Of a DNA stretch of 64,000 bases, positions 10,445 to 21,000 are shown piece after piece (the first letter of the stretch is position 1; the number at the start of each line of letters is the position of its first letter). The notes under the pieces are model-generated. The model saw only the letters and a list, made by a program, of their open reading frames with translations, had not been told where the DNA came from and did not search any database. Made by a program: the position numbers and the translations under genes. The DNA is from Thermoproteota archaeon (GTDB lineage: Archaea; Thermoproteota; Thermoprotei; Thermofilales; B9-G17), in assembly GCA_029258885.1 (NCBI GenBank), contig JAPDJW010000002.1, positions 288,001-352,000 on the forward strand, written 5' to 3'.

Positions 10445-11905
10445 TTGATGGATAAAAAACCGTTATTATTCTGGATTTTCTGGGTATCCTTAACATGTAC
10501 AATGGTGTTCCTGATATTCTCTCCATCCCTAGTAGCGCTGGAGGAAGATTATAGGATAAAGTACACTATCTGGATGAGAATGCACTATAGGGCTAGTAAC
10601 GGCTCGGATGTACCTATAATTCCATGGAACGGCACCGTTAAATGCGAAATCGATGGGACGCTATACTCCAGTCACGGAATATTCTATAGTCTCGATATCG
10701 AAAATGGGGCTGGAACAGCTCCAGTAATCCTTAGGGCATTACACTATATCCTGGCATACATTGATATTAACGGTAGCCCGATACACGTCCTCAACCTATC
10801 AGCCATAACCCACAGTATGGATGTATTAATAGATAATCTCTCAGCCATACCGTTTAAGCCGGAGCCAATCTATACCGTAGCACGTAGCCTCAAAGACGTA
10901 CGGTTCTGGGAATTAAAGCTATACAAGGTCAGTAGTAGTTCCAATGAGGATCTTGCAGGACTACTAGTAAGGAAATACTATGAGATTACTGGTGAGGAGA
11001 GCGGTATAGTTAACGCCTACATTAACGTTACATCTCCACTAATAATATACACAGGCCACCAGCTAGTACTCTATGTACATAAGTGGACTATGGCTAAGCT
11101 CAAAATATACTATGAAAACCTGACAGTAGCTAAGGTTCATCTGGAGGCCACACCATACCACGTTGAGACGATAAAACTTAAGATAATACCGCCAGCGGTA
11201 ATAGCCTACAGTAGTATATCAGGTAGGATTCTCTTGCCAGCATCAATTATAGTACTACTAATAGGCCTGTGCTTACGGGAGACTAGGAAAATCGTTAGGA
11301 GATATTTAAGGGAGATAGCGGCTATATTCGGTCTAATACTGCTAGTATTATCTTTCACACTTAGACTTGGAGCCCATAACATCTGCATAACGTACGCCGG
11401 CTTATACAACCTAGCGGTTAATGGAGAGCCATGGCCAGGACACGTAGAAGACGATGCGCTTATTCTGGAGGAGAGGGAGGGGACGCTACAGGCATCGATA
11501 GAGTTCTACCAGGTATCGGATGAGGTATTATATGTACATGCACTCCTCACTCTGGAAGCCGATGAAGAGTACGAGGAGCTGTATAGGACTAATCATCCAT
11601 GGGAATACGGAGCCTTCACACACATCTACATACCCAGCGTATTCATACCTCTAAAGACGGGAAATGCAACAATAAGGTTAAGAGTGAAAATACCCGGTAT
11701 TGGTGGATACTATGAGAGGGAGTACAGGATACTAACGTTAAGCTATAGCGACGGGGGAGTGAGAATTAATGTTAAGCCAGCGATAGTGGTAGGCTACAGG
11801 AGGCCGATGTTTAATGAAGTAAACATACTACTGGCAGTAGCTGGAACAGGATTAGTTTTGATTTTAGTAAGAAGGCTAAGAGGTGACATAAAGTCTATTA
11901 AATGA
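10445..11905 (+). CDS. Uncharacterised multi-pass membrane protein, paralog 2 of 3
   Basis: 486 aa; same motifs and topology as its neighbours. Confidence 0.8.
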   Translation: MMDKKPLLFWIFWVSLTCTMVFLIFSPSLVALEEDYRIKYTIWMRMHYRASNGSDVPIIPWNGTVKCEIDGTLYSSHGIFYSLDIENGAGTAPVILRALHYILAYIDINGSPIHVLNLSAITHSMDVLIDNLSAIPFKPEPIYTVARSLKDVRFWELKLYKVSSSSNEDLAGLLVRKYYEITGEESGIVNAYINVTSPLIIYTGHQLVLYVHKWTMAKLKIYYENLTVAKVHLEATPYHVETIKLKIIPPAVIAYSSISGRILLPASIIVLLIGLCLRETRKIVRRYLREIAAIFGLILLVLSFTLRLGAHNICITYAGLYNLAVNGEPWPGHVEDDALILEEREGTLQASIEFYQVSDEVLYVHALLTLEADEEYEELYRTNHPWEYGAFTHIYIPSVFIPLKTGNATIRLRVKIPGIGGYYEREYRILTLSYSDGGVRINVKPAIVVGYRRPMFNEVNILLAVAGTGLVLILVRRLRGDIKSIK

Positions 11906-11953
11906 GGTGCACTACGGGGTAACTTAAAATATATCGTTGTATATATTAAAGCG

Positions 11954-13381
11954 ATGGATAGAAAACCAACATTATTTTGGATTATATGGTTGATATTAAC
12001 GATATCCGTAATCCCTCCCTCTTCCCTAATATTCCTATTTTCTAGCGATGAGGAAGTTCAAGTAGAGTATTGCCTATGCCTGGATTTAGGCTATATTAGT
12101 AATAACGGTTCAATGAAATACATGGTTGTAAGCGATGGAGAGGCCGACTATAAAGTTAATGGAACAATATATACTATCGGCATATGCGGCTACATGATAT
12201 ATGTAGTAAGGGAACAGCCTGTATTTATCGGATTGAGATGCTTTGCTCCACTATATGTTTTAGTAGATAATAGATCTATCTTTGTCCGTAATCTAGCTGA
12301 AATACCCTGTGCACGTAATTTACTGGGATACTATTTTTCAGGCCTACTATTTAAGCCTGAACCATGGTATAGCATAGCCTCCTGTCTAGAAGCTCCATAC
12401 TATAATCTATGGGATGGATATTTTGAGAGGAACTGCGACTTAGGGAGGCTACTGGTGGATGCCTACTATAGAGCTACGGGAGAGGACAGCGGAGTATTTG
12501 AGGCATATATCAACGTTACAGCCTACGCACTTATATACACAGGACACCAGTTCACGTCCACTATATACAGGTGGACTATCACTAGGCTTAAAATCCACTA
12601 CAGCAATTTAACGGTGGATAAGACGTATGTACATATCCAGCCGTTCTATAAAGATACTATTAAACTTAAGACAATACCGCTACCGTTGATAGGATACACG
12701 TTCCTAGCCTATAATATACTGCTACCGCTATCTATCATAATGCTCCTAATAGGATTAGTCATGGGGAAAACTAGGGCATTAATTAAGAAACACTTTAGGA
12801 TAGTACTGGCGGCTATTGGAGTAGCACTAATAGTAGCCAGCCTAAAATTAAGTATAGGCACATACAACGTGTATGTGACGTACGTGGGGATTAAAAGCCT
12901 ATCAATAAACGGTGAGCCGTGGCCAGGTACACTGCAAAATAACACGATAATACTAAGGGATGTAGAGGGTACACTTAAAGCTAAGGTAGGCGTATCCTAT
13001 ACACGCTACGAGTCAATAGTCATTGAACTGCTAACCTATACGGATGGAAGAATAAAGGAGCTATATAGAAAGTATAGTTCATATGAAATCCATAGCAAGG
13101 ATGTATCAATAATACCCATAAGCCCTGAAGGCTGCTTTGGCGATATAGTGCTTAGGGCAACGTACATAGATCATGGAACACTAAAGAATATTCAGGCCAA
13201 AATACTATCCGTAGACTGCTCTAAAGATGTAGTAAAGATAAAGCTGAACCCACAGCTGATAGTAGGCTATATTGGGCCAAAATTCAATGAAATAAACCTA
13301 CTCTTAGCTGCAATTGGATCAGGAATGCTTGTCACAGCTATACTAGGACTTAAAATTAGAAGACCAGCAGCATGCAGCTAG
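11954..13381 (+). CDS. Uncharacterised multi-pass membrane protein, paralog 3 of 3
   Basis: 475 aa; same motifs and topology as its neighbours. Confidence 0.8.
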   Translation: MDRKPTLFWIIWLILTISVIPPSSLIFLFSSDEEVQVEYCLCLDLGYISNNGSMKYMVVSDGEADYKVNGTIYTIGICGYMIYVVREQPVFIGLRCFAPLYVLVDNRSIFVRNLAEIPCARNLLGYYFSGLLFKPEPWYSIASCLEAPYYNLWDGYFERNCDLGRLLVDAYYRATGEDSGVFEAYINVTAYALIYTGHQFTSTIYRWTITRLKIHYSNLTVDKTYVHIQPFYKDTIKLKTIPLPLIGYTFLAYNILLPLSIIMLLIGLVMGKTRALIKKHFRIVLAAIGVALIVASLKLSIGTYNVYVTYVGIKSLSINGEPWPGTLQNNTIILRDVEGTLKAKVGVSYTRYESIVIELLTYTDGRIKELYRKYSSYEIHSKDVSIIPISPEGCFGDIVLRATYIDHGTLKNIQAKILSVDCSKDVVKIKLNPQLIVGYIGPKFNEINLLLAAIGSGMLVTAILGLKIRRPAACS

Positions 13382-13562
13382 TTAGCGAATAAAATTTCCC
13401 TACTTAGAGGGAAATTTTTTATAATTCTTTCCCTCTAAATAATACGTGATAAATAGGGACGATTTTAGCTAAGCTAATATAGAGGATTCTCATGACAATC
13501 CTATGGAAGCTCATACGTAGAGCCTTAAACAATTATATAATATATTTAATGATTATATTCAC

Positions 13563-14771
13563 GTGAAATACTATAGGGTCATTGTGGACAAGGATAAGTG
13601 TGTTGGATGCAACTTCTGCCTAGAGGTAAACCTCTGCCAGAATCCGGATGCATGCATAGGCTGTTTAAGCTGCTACTGGGCATGCCCCTACGAGGCTAGA
13701 AGGATAATTGAAGTAGAGGAGGATAGGAAGACTATAGAGATAACGGTTGACGGAGTAAAACATAGGGTGCCCGAGAGAATATCGATAAAGAGAGCCCTAG
13801 AGCTAATAGGCTACTCCTTCAACGTATTTCCTAGGAGAAAGGGTTTATCAGCGCCCTGCGGCACGGGTGGATGCTGGAGCTGTGCAGTACTAGTTAACGG
13901 GAAGCTCATGAGGTCATGTATAAACGCCGTAAGGGAGGGCATGGTCATCGAAACCAACGTGGAGGATAGGGAGCCGCTTAGGATAATTCATGGACCACAG
14001 CCACACACGGTTGGAGGAAAGGCAACCCCATGGTTCGAGAAGGGAGGTGGAAGATACATTGAAGTAGCGATATGGACTGCAGGCTGCAACCTAAGGTGTC
14101 CACAGTGCCAGAACTTCCATACAACATACGACAACGTAACCCATCCAGTAACCCCGAGGAGGGCGGCCGAGATTCTTACACTCCACAGGAGGCTATACAA
14201 CGTAAACGGGCTGGCAATAAGCGGCGGAGAACCCACGCTCAACAGAAGGTGGCTCATAGAATACTTCAAACATCTCAGGAAGCTCAACCCGGACAAGAAG
14301 GCTAGGCTACACCTGGACAGCAATGGAACCCTACTAACGGAGGACTATATAGACGACCTAGTTGAGGCTGGCTGCAACAACATGGGAGTAGAGCCTAAGG
14401 GAATAAGAGTTGAAACATTCATGAAGATAACCGGCATAAACGATAGGGAACTAGCCAGAAAATACCTGGAGAACTCCTGGAGGGCAGCTGAATACATAGC
14501 TACAAACTATTCGGATAAGGTATACCTGGGAATAGGCATACCATACAACAGAAGCTTCATGAGCTTCGAGGAGCTAGCCGAAATAGGGGAGAAGATAGCC
14601 TCAATAGACCCGAAGATACAGGTATGCGTACTAGACTACTTCCCAACATTCAGAAACAGACGAATCAAAAGACCATCAGTAAGGGAAATGCTAAGGGTAA
14701 AGAAGATACTGAACGATGCAGGGCTAAAGACGGTCATAGTACAGACGAAAATAGGGCATATAGGGCCGTAG
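13563..14771 (+). CDS. Radical SAM protein (PFL-activase-like) fused to N-terminal 4Fe-4S dicluster and 2Fe-2S-like domains
   Basis: CVGCNFC and CIGCLSCYWACP; CGTGGCWSC...C; CNLRCPQC (CxxxCxxC); SGGEP; LDSNG. Confidence 0.85.
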   Translation: MKYYRVIVDKDKCVGCNFCLEVNLCQNPDACIGCLSCYWACPYEARRIIEVEEDRKTIEITVDGVKHRVPERISIKRALELIGYSFNVFPRRKGLSAPCGTGGCWSCAVLVNGKLMRSCINAVREGMVIETNVEDREPLRIIHGPQPHTVGGKATPWFEKGGGRYIEVAIWTAGCNLRCPQCQNFHTTYDNVTHPVTPRRAAEILTLHRRLYNVNGLAISGGEPTLNRRWLIEYFKHLRKLNPDKKARLHLDSNGTLLTEDYIDDLVEAGCNNMGVEPKGIRVETFMKITGINDRELARKYLENSWRAAEYIATNYSDKVYLGIGIPYNRSFMSFEELAEIGEKIASIDPKIQVCVLDYFPTFRNRRIKRPSVREMLRVKKILNDAGLKTVIVQTKIGHIGP

Positions 14772-14772
14772 C

Positions 14773-14821
14773 TCAGCCTACCTGCATCTCAGCACCAGTC
14801 AGCGTCGCCTGAGTACATCAC
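14773..14821 (-). ncRNA. Candidate C/D-box guide sRNA
   Basis: Minus strand: C GTGATGT, guide ACTCAGGCGACG, D' CTGA, linker CTG, C' GTGCTGA, guide GATGCAGGTAGG, D CTGA. Both guides are 12 nt; lies directly after the radical SAM stop. Confidence 0.65.
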
Positions 14822-15101
14822 AGCCATAATCATATTCTAAAGGAAACTTTAAAACCTTGACGCAAAATAACTTTAATCTTCCGGTAGAATCCGCTGGCTA
14901 TAAGTATTTAATTAAAACATCCCAATATAACGCTATGGAATACCACATAGGAAAACTGCTCCTGCCAATAACCTATTTCATACAGACGCTAGTAACGATC
15001 TCTGTAGAATAAGTAGGCTTCAAGACGTATGCCTCGATAATAGTCACGATACTCTACTGGCCACGCTGGCACCGCTATAGGCAAGGAAGTATAAACTGAA
15101 A

Positions 15102-15668
15102 CTATGATTTTTCGCCTAGCTTCTCCCTAAACACTTCTAGGAAAACCCTGTAGGCCTCGTCTCTATATAGGCAGACAATAACCTTTTCAATATTGGAAAG
15201 CTTATCTAGTGTATCCTTAAATACATCAACCATAATCTCGGCGCACCTTCTGTAGGGATATCCGTAGGCTCCAGTAGATATCGCTGGAAGAGCGACAGTC
15301 TTAGCTCCGAGCTCATCAGCCTTCTTCAAAGCGTTAGCAATAGCAGAGTAGAGCTTCTTATCTCCATCGGGAGTTCCGTATTCAGGGCCGACGGCGTGGA
15401 CGATATACTTAGCTCTAAGCTTTCCGGCGCCGGTAACGGCGACGCCGCCCACTGGGACTGGTCCATACCGTATAACGTATTCATCGCTTTCCCTCTGAAT
15501 CTCAGCACCACCCTTCAATACTATTGCACCAGCCACACCGCCGCCATGTTTAAGGTAAGGATTAGCTGCATTAACTATAACATCAACTCTAAGCCTTGTA
15601 ATATCGCCCTTAACGACCTCTACCACCTTACCGCTAACCTTAAACGTTACAGCCATATAAACCACCAA
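15102..15668 (-). CDS. Macro domain protein (ADP-ribose binding/hydrolase)
   Basis: GDIT, VNAAN, HGGGVAGAI, HAVGP, PAISTGAYG. Confidence 0.92.
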   Translation of the reverse strand: MVVYMAVTFKVSGKVVEVVKGDITRLRVDVIVNAANPYLKHGGGVAGAIVLKGGAEIQRESDEYVIRYGPVPVGGVAVTGAGKLRAKYIVHAVGPEYGTPDGDKKLYSAIANALKKADELGAKTVALPAISTGAYGYPYRRCAEIMVDVFKDTLDKLSNIEKVIVCLYRDEAYRVFLEVFREKLGEKS

Positions 15669-15760
15669 TATTTAAACGGGTTTAATAAATATACATTTTA
15701 TTGTCGGAAGTCAAACCTTGCAAAAGAATTTAAATCAATAAAACCTTAGGTAATACGCAG

Positions 15761-16243
15761 GTGAGATGGATGAGGTTCCCTCCACCTGAGAGATTCGGAC
15801 CAAGGCCTAGGAGACCAGCATTAGAAGCTTTTAGACAACAGCTACTCCGAGATATAAGGAGAGAAATAAGAGCTGAACTAAGGATAGGGCTAGTTAAGCT
15901 ATACAGACACTTAAGGAGGGATATAAGGGCAGCCGTTCTAGAGGCTAAAGGACTAACTCCAGAAAAGGCTAAACAAGAGGCCGAGAAGGAGGAGGAAAAG
16001 GAGGATGAAAAAAGCATTCTAGATAGAATATTTGGAGGACTGGACATAGATATGGGAGATATACTGAAGTACGGTGGAGCGGCGCTGGCCGGCGCACTGG
16101 CAGTACTGCTAATAACCCACATAGACGACATATATAATTTCATAAACCAGAAGAAGGCTAGCGGAGCATCTATAGATGAAATAAAGAATGAGCTTACAAA
16201 GCTAATACAGGAGAAACTATCTGGAGGTCAGCAAACATCATAA
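15761..16243 (+). CDS. Hypothetical protein
   Basis: 160-aa ORF divergent from the macro gene; Arg-rich N-terminus, acidic linker, one hydrophobic segment. Confidence 0.6.
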   Translation: MRWMRFPPPERFGPRPRRPALEAFRQQLLRDIRREIRAELRIGLVKLYRHLRRDIRAAVLEAKGLTPEKAKQEAEKEEEKEDEKSILDRIFGGLDIDMGDILKYGGAALAGALAVLLITHIDDIYNFINQKKASGASIDEIKNELTKLIQEKLSGGQQTS

Positions 16244-17142
16244 ACCTTACTACCGCTACTCTGAGATATCTCCGCTAAGAACCTCCTGGCCTGATCAATA
16301 ACGGATTTGAAATCCATTACAGCTATATCCCTAATATCCATATTTCTTTCCAAATACCTTATAAATTCATGACCTAGGAAATATCCTGTCTGACTTCTAC
16401 CATTAACGCTAAGCCATGAACCATAAAAGTCGTTAACAGGTCTACCCTCATCAACATACTTCAGGTATTTCCGAGCGAGCAAGCCTAGATTACTCCTACA
16501 CCACTCAATCCACGAGTCGTCGGGAGCCATCCTCCATAACTCATAGCCTAGAGTAAGATGCTCACATCTAGTAGCAAACCCCTCACTATACAATAGGAAG
16601 AGGGGATTACTTTCAAGCTCCTCAAGCTCCCTACAGGATATCCCCCTAAGATAGGCGTGAACAACGTGGGAAAGCTCGTGTAGTATAAGCCCCTCCAGAC
16701 TCTCCACATCATGCCAGTTAAGCTCAGCAATATTCTCAAGCCCAAGCAGTATAGAGTGTCCATCCCAATAGTCGGTAGCCCAGCCAGCTCCACACCCAAT
16801 CCCAACATAAATCACAAAAAGAACGCCAACATCAAAGCCCCAGAAAGACCTAAACTTATCATAAGCACTAAAGATAGCCTTAGAAATATTATCATAAGCT
16901 ACGTCAATTACAGGAACTAAATCATTTAACCTAGAGAAAACCCTAAACCTAGCAACATCCCGCCATCTATCACCATAACAACTCACCAAAAGATTAAAAA
17001 GGCTGGGAAAAGACGACATATACTCCCTAACCCAAGCCTCCAAAAACTGGTCAACACCACTATCAGAATAACTCATCCAAACAACCTTAAAGCAAGGATA
17101 AGTATCAACTATAACAAACCCCACTAATAACACCCAACGCAA
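16228..17142 (-). CDS. Predicted Zn-dependent protease (DUF2268-like)
   Basis: ILHELSHVVH, downstream EGFA and GYFLG motifs. Confidence 0.7.
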   Translation of the reverse strand: MRWVLLVGFVIVDTYPCFKVVWMSYSDSGVDQFLEAWVREYMSSFPSLFNLLVSCYGDRWRDVARFRVFSRLNDLVPVIDVAYDNISKAIFSAYDKFRSFWGFDVGVLFVIYVGIGCGAGWATDYWDGHSILLGLENIAELNWHDVESLEGLILHELSHVVHAYLRGISCRELEELESNPLFLLYSEGFATRCEHLTLGYELWRMAPDDSWIEWCRSNLGLLARKYLKYVDEGRPVNDFYGSWLSVNGRSQTGYFLGHEFIRYLERNMDIRDIAVMDFKSVIDQARRFLAEISQSSGSKVYDVC

Positions 17143-17500
17143 CCGCTAAGGTATAAGTCGCGTAAAACTCTATAAATATAATGTTTAAATTAACATCCAC
17201 ACCAAACAATCCAGCCCAGGATACGACGAGCCCTGATTCTGGCCCCTAACGTAACTATAGGAAGTCCCCTCTATGAGGTCTTCACAAAAACTAACCCAAA
17301 TATCCTCTAGACAGCCTTCATACGTACCCCTAGACCCTTGTTTACCAAGTTTATTAGATTAGTTAGAGAAATTCAGCCAGTATATTTTAATGGACTAAAA
17401 CGATACGAATGTCCTAGGATTGTATTGGCAGAAGGATCCACATCAACTTCCAAACGCGAAAGATTTTATCTTTCGTTTCTGGCAGACTTTAAGTTTTTCA

Positions 17501-17989
17501 CTACACGTACTTTTTGAGAAGCTTCACAATCTCCGAAGTTTCCTTGTACAAATAAAACCTCCTTAAGTAAGAGATTGCATCAACCTCTTCCGCAAGCACC
17601 TTCATTTTATCCAAGTAATTTTCCATATCTCGTAGTATGAACCTAAGCGGTCTTACTCGAACACTTAATTCATCAACATTCAAATCCTCGTACACATCAA
17701 AAGGTGGAACTAAGTAATAACATTGAGGTGTACCTATATACAGGTCAGCTTTTTCCCATCTCAATATTTCAGAGCTTAAATACTCGTGAAAATCCTTGTG
17801 CATTCTCTTAAACTCATTGAATTTGAAGTCCTTCGGAATAACCAAATCCACAATTTCTGTTTCCTTCACAACAACATCCTGTAACAGTAGTGCTGTTCTA
17901 TCGACTACAACAAAATCTCTGAGGGAAAAACTGGGATCTAACGACTTAGAAAATTCCTTCAAAAGGGAGATTACTTCCGTTTTTCTCAT
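17501..17989 (-). CDS. Hypothetical protein, possibly a degenerate nucleotidyltransferase fold
   Basis: The likely start is ATG 17989 (MRKTEVISLL), preceded by a GGGGTGTGA SD-like motif; the extension to 18169 in the ORF track reads through CRISPR repeats. VVVDRTALLLQD...IVDLVI resembles the NTase GG.A...G..DxD motif. Confidence 0.6.
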   Translation of the reverse strand: MRKTEVISLLKEFSKSLDPSFSLRDFVVVDRTALLLQDVVVKETEIVDLVIPKDFKFNEFKRMHKDFHEYLSSEILRWEKADLYIGTPQCYYLVPPFDVYEDLNVDELSVRVRPLRFILRDMENYLDKMKVLAEEVDAISYLRRFYLYKETSEIVKLLKKYV

Positions 17990-18027
17990 ACAAGTCACAC
18001 CCCAATTATTTTTAATACAAGGAAAAA

Positions 18028-21000
18028 CTTTCAATATTCTCTTAAAATACACTATGTCGACTCTTGTCAGAGGCTTTAGGTCTGTTTTAACTCTTTTAAT
18101 ATTCTCTTGAAATACACCCATCTGCTGGAGCGCAGTACAGGGGTTGTAGTAAGATGTGCAATCTTTCAATATTCTCTTGAAATACTCCTAAAGAAGCTGA
18201 GAAGCTGACAAGGGAGTATGGTGACTTAGTATCTTTCAATATTCTCTTGAAATACTCTTATTGTGGGTGATAGTGTGGAGAGGTTTAGGCTACTTATTGC
18301 TTTCAATATTCTCTTGAAATACTCCACGTGGATATCGTGCTGGCTGTTATGGTTGAGTTCGCTATACTTTCAATATTCTCTTGAAATACTCGTGATGATG
18401 AAGTTTATACATTTAAAGTAAGTCGGAAGACGCTTTCAATATTCTCTTGAAATACTCCTGAAGAAGGAGGCTGAGAGGAAAAAGGTTTCTGTTAGCCTTT
18501 CAATATTCTCTTGAAATACTCAAGCCACGACGGTACAGCATACGTGGACAACATTAAGTTAAGCTTTCAATATTCTCTTGAAATACTCAGCTCTGTATAT
18601 CTATTATACAGCCAGTTAACTACTTCCCCTTTCAATATTCTCTTGAAATATTCTGTCGTGGCGTTCGTATCCGCCGCTAGAATGACCCTGCCCTCCCAGC
18701 CCGTCTTTCAATATTCTCTTGAAATACTCTAAGCTGAAATGCCACTACTATCCGGGCGGAAGATGTACACTTTCAATATTCTCTTGAAATACTCTGGTTT
18801 TTGTGGTAAGGAGACGGGAGACGACCGTGTATATATACTTTCAATATTCTCTTGAAATACTCGAAGTAATAGAATTGACAGTACGCTGGGCAAAACTCAG
18901 CCTACCTTTCAATATTCTCTTGAAATACTCCCTCTACACCAGTCATCCAATAACGGGCAATATTTGGCCTTTCAATATTCTCTTGAAATACTCTATCCGA
19001 TTGTTATTAGGGAGGATAGAGTTAAAGCGATGATTAATCTTTCAATATTCTCTTGAAATACTCTGACTGTGAGTGAATATCTGGATCTCCTGAAACTCGT
19101 TCACGTCTTTCAATATTCTCTTGAAATACTCTCAGCTACCTTTTCGCTCTCCTTGATTACATCTTCTAAATACTTTCAATATTCTCTTGAAATACTCTGA
19201 TAGCGTGCAGATCGAGTATCGAATAATTATATCTAACTTTCAATATTCTCTTGAAATACTCCTAAATTCGCTGGGAGACGCTGGAAGCTCGCCAAGTGAT
19301 CACTCCTTTCAATATTCTCTTGAAATACTCTCAACCATACGTCTAGCGAGTGGGGTGGACATGTTCTCACCTCCTACTTTCAATATTCTCTTGAAATACT
19401 CTGGAGAGCCTTCTCCGGTGGTTTGACAGAAGATTTATAGCTTTCAATATTCTCTTGAAATACTCCCCCCAAATCCCATACCGATGAAATATATTCAGTA
19501 TTTGCTGATAGCTTTCAATATTCTCTTGAAATACTCGCGAGCTCTCTCCTCAGTAAACCCTTGATGACTACAACCTTTCAATATTCTCTTGAAATACTCT
19601 TGAGATTGACGATTTCACGTATAAGTATGAGCGGTTCCTACTTTCAATATTCTCTTGAAATACTCGAGGGTAGGCTAGTATACTATGCAAAGCATGAGGA
19701 AGATCTTTCAATATTCTCTTGAAATACTCGATAATGGCGGGGGAAGTTTCTAAGGAAGTTTGGGAGTCTTTCAATATTCTCTTGAAATACTCGACTATAC
19801 ATCACCCGTAGCACACCTTCCAATGCGCGCTAGAGAAGACTTTACTTTCAATATTCTCTTGAAATACTCCTCCTCCCGCCCCACGATCCCAACCCCAAGA
19901 TAGTATTGTGTTCTTTCAATATTCTCTTGAAATACTCCGAGCATTATTACGATGCACACCCAAGGTTCATTTGTCCACTTTCAATATTCTCTTGAAATAC
20001 TCTAAAGTGGATGTGGGTTTACGCTAGGGAAAGAAAGGACACACTTTCAATATTCTCTTGAAATACTCTACATCACCTTATATTGTTATCCTTCTACCCA
20101 GTCTAAATACTTTCAATATTCTCTTGAAATACTCGTCCAAATGCTCAGATATTGTTATAAGTGTTTCATCAATTTCTTTCAATATTCTCTTGAAATACTC
20201 TCGGATTTTCTCGATTATCTACGGACAATACTATTCCACCTTTCAATATTCTCTTGAAATACTCGGAAAAGCCTTTTTTTCTTCACATGCTCCAGTGATT
20301 TAACTTTCAATATTCTCTTGAAATACTCTACTGTAAGTACTACATGGCCTACGCGGTAGCAATAATGAGGAGGCGGGTTCACTTTCAATATTCTCTTGAA
20401 ATACTCGCATCTACGACCCCCCACAACCCACGAGCAAGGAATTAGAAGCTTTCAATATTCTCTTGAAATACTCGCTGACTAGATTTTTAGCAGGTGGGGC
20501 ATTTGAATAATGACTTTCAATATTCTCTTGAAATACTCCTCCTAGGGATGTTGGGGAGTTGGTTGCTGAGAGGCTTGGTAAGCGACTTTCAATATTCTCT
20601 TGAAATACTCTAAACACTACAAGACCATGCTAACAGAGGAAGAGATCATAGAGAAGCTTTCAATATTCTCTTGAAATACTCTCAATATTCTCTTTGAGGA
20701 AAGAGGGGGAAATATCCGAGGAAGAATATATTCTTTCAATATTCTCTTGAAATACTCCCCCATGAAGCCGTTAAACCGAACAACGTATACGTTAAATTAC
20801 TTTCAATATTCTCTTGAAATACTCTGTTAGCTAAATATGAAAATTCATAGCTAAAATAAACACTTTCAATATTCTCTTGAAATACTCCACTGACTTTCTT
20901 CAGGTTTTTAACTCTGCGTTCTTGGACTTTCTTTCAATATTCTCTTGAAATACTCTTCCTCTATCTTATCCTTTTTGTCCTTCTTCACGGACTTCACTTT

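Noticed and set aside
14935-15101. Short hydrophobic frame with an internal stop, possibly a gene remnant
   Set aside because: No recognisable family; under 60 codons.
17990-18169. N-terminal 60-aa extension of the 222-aa ORF
   Set aside because: It translates two repeats and spacers; the SD-like motif supports ATG 17989.
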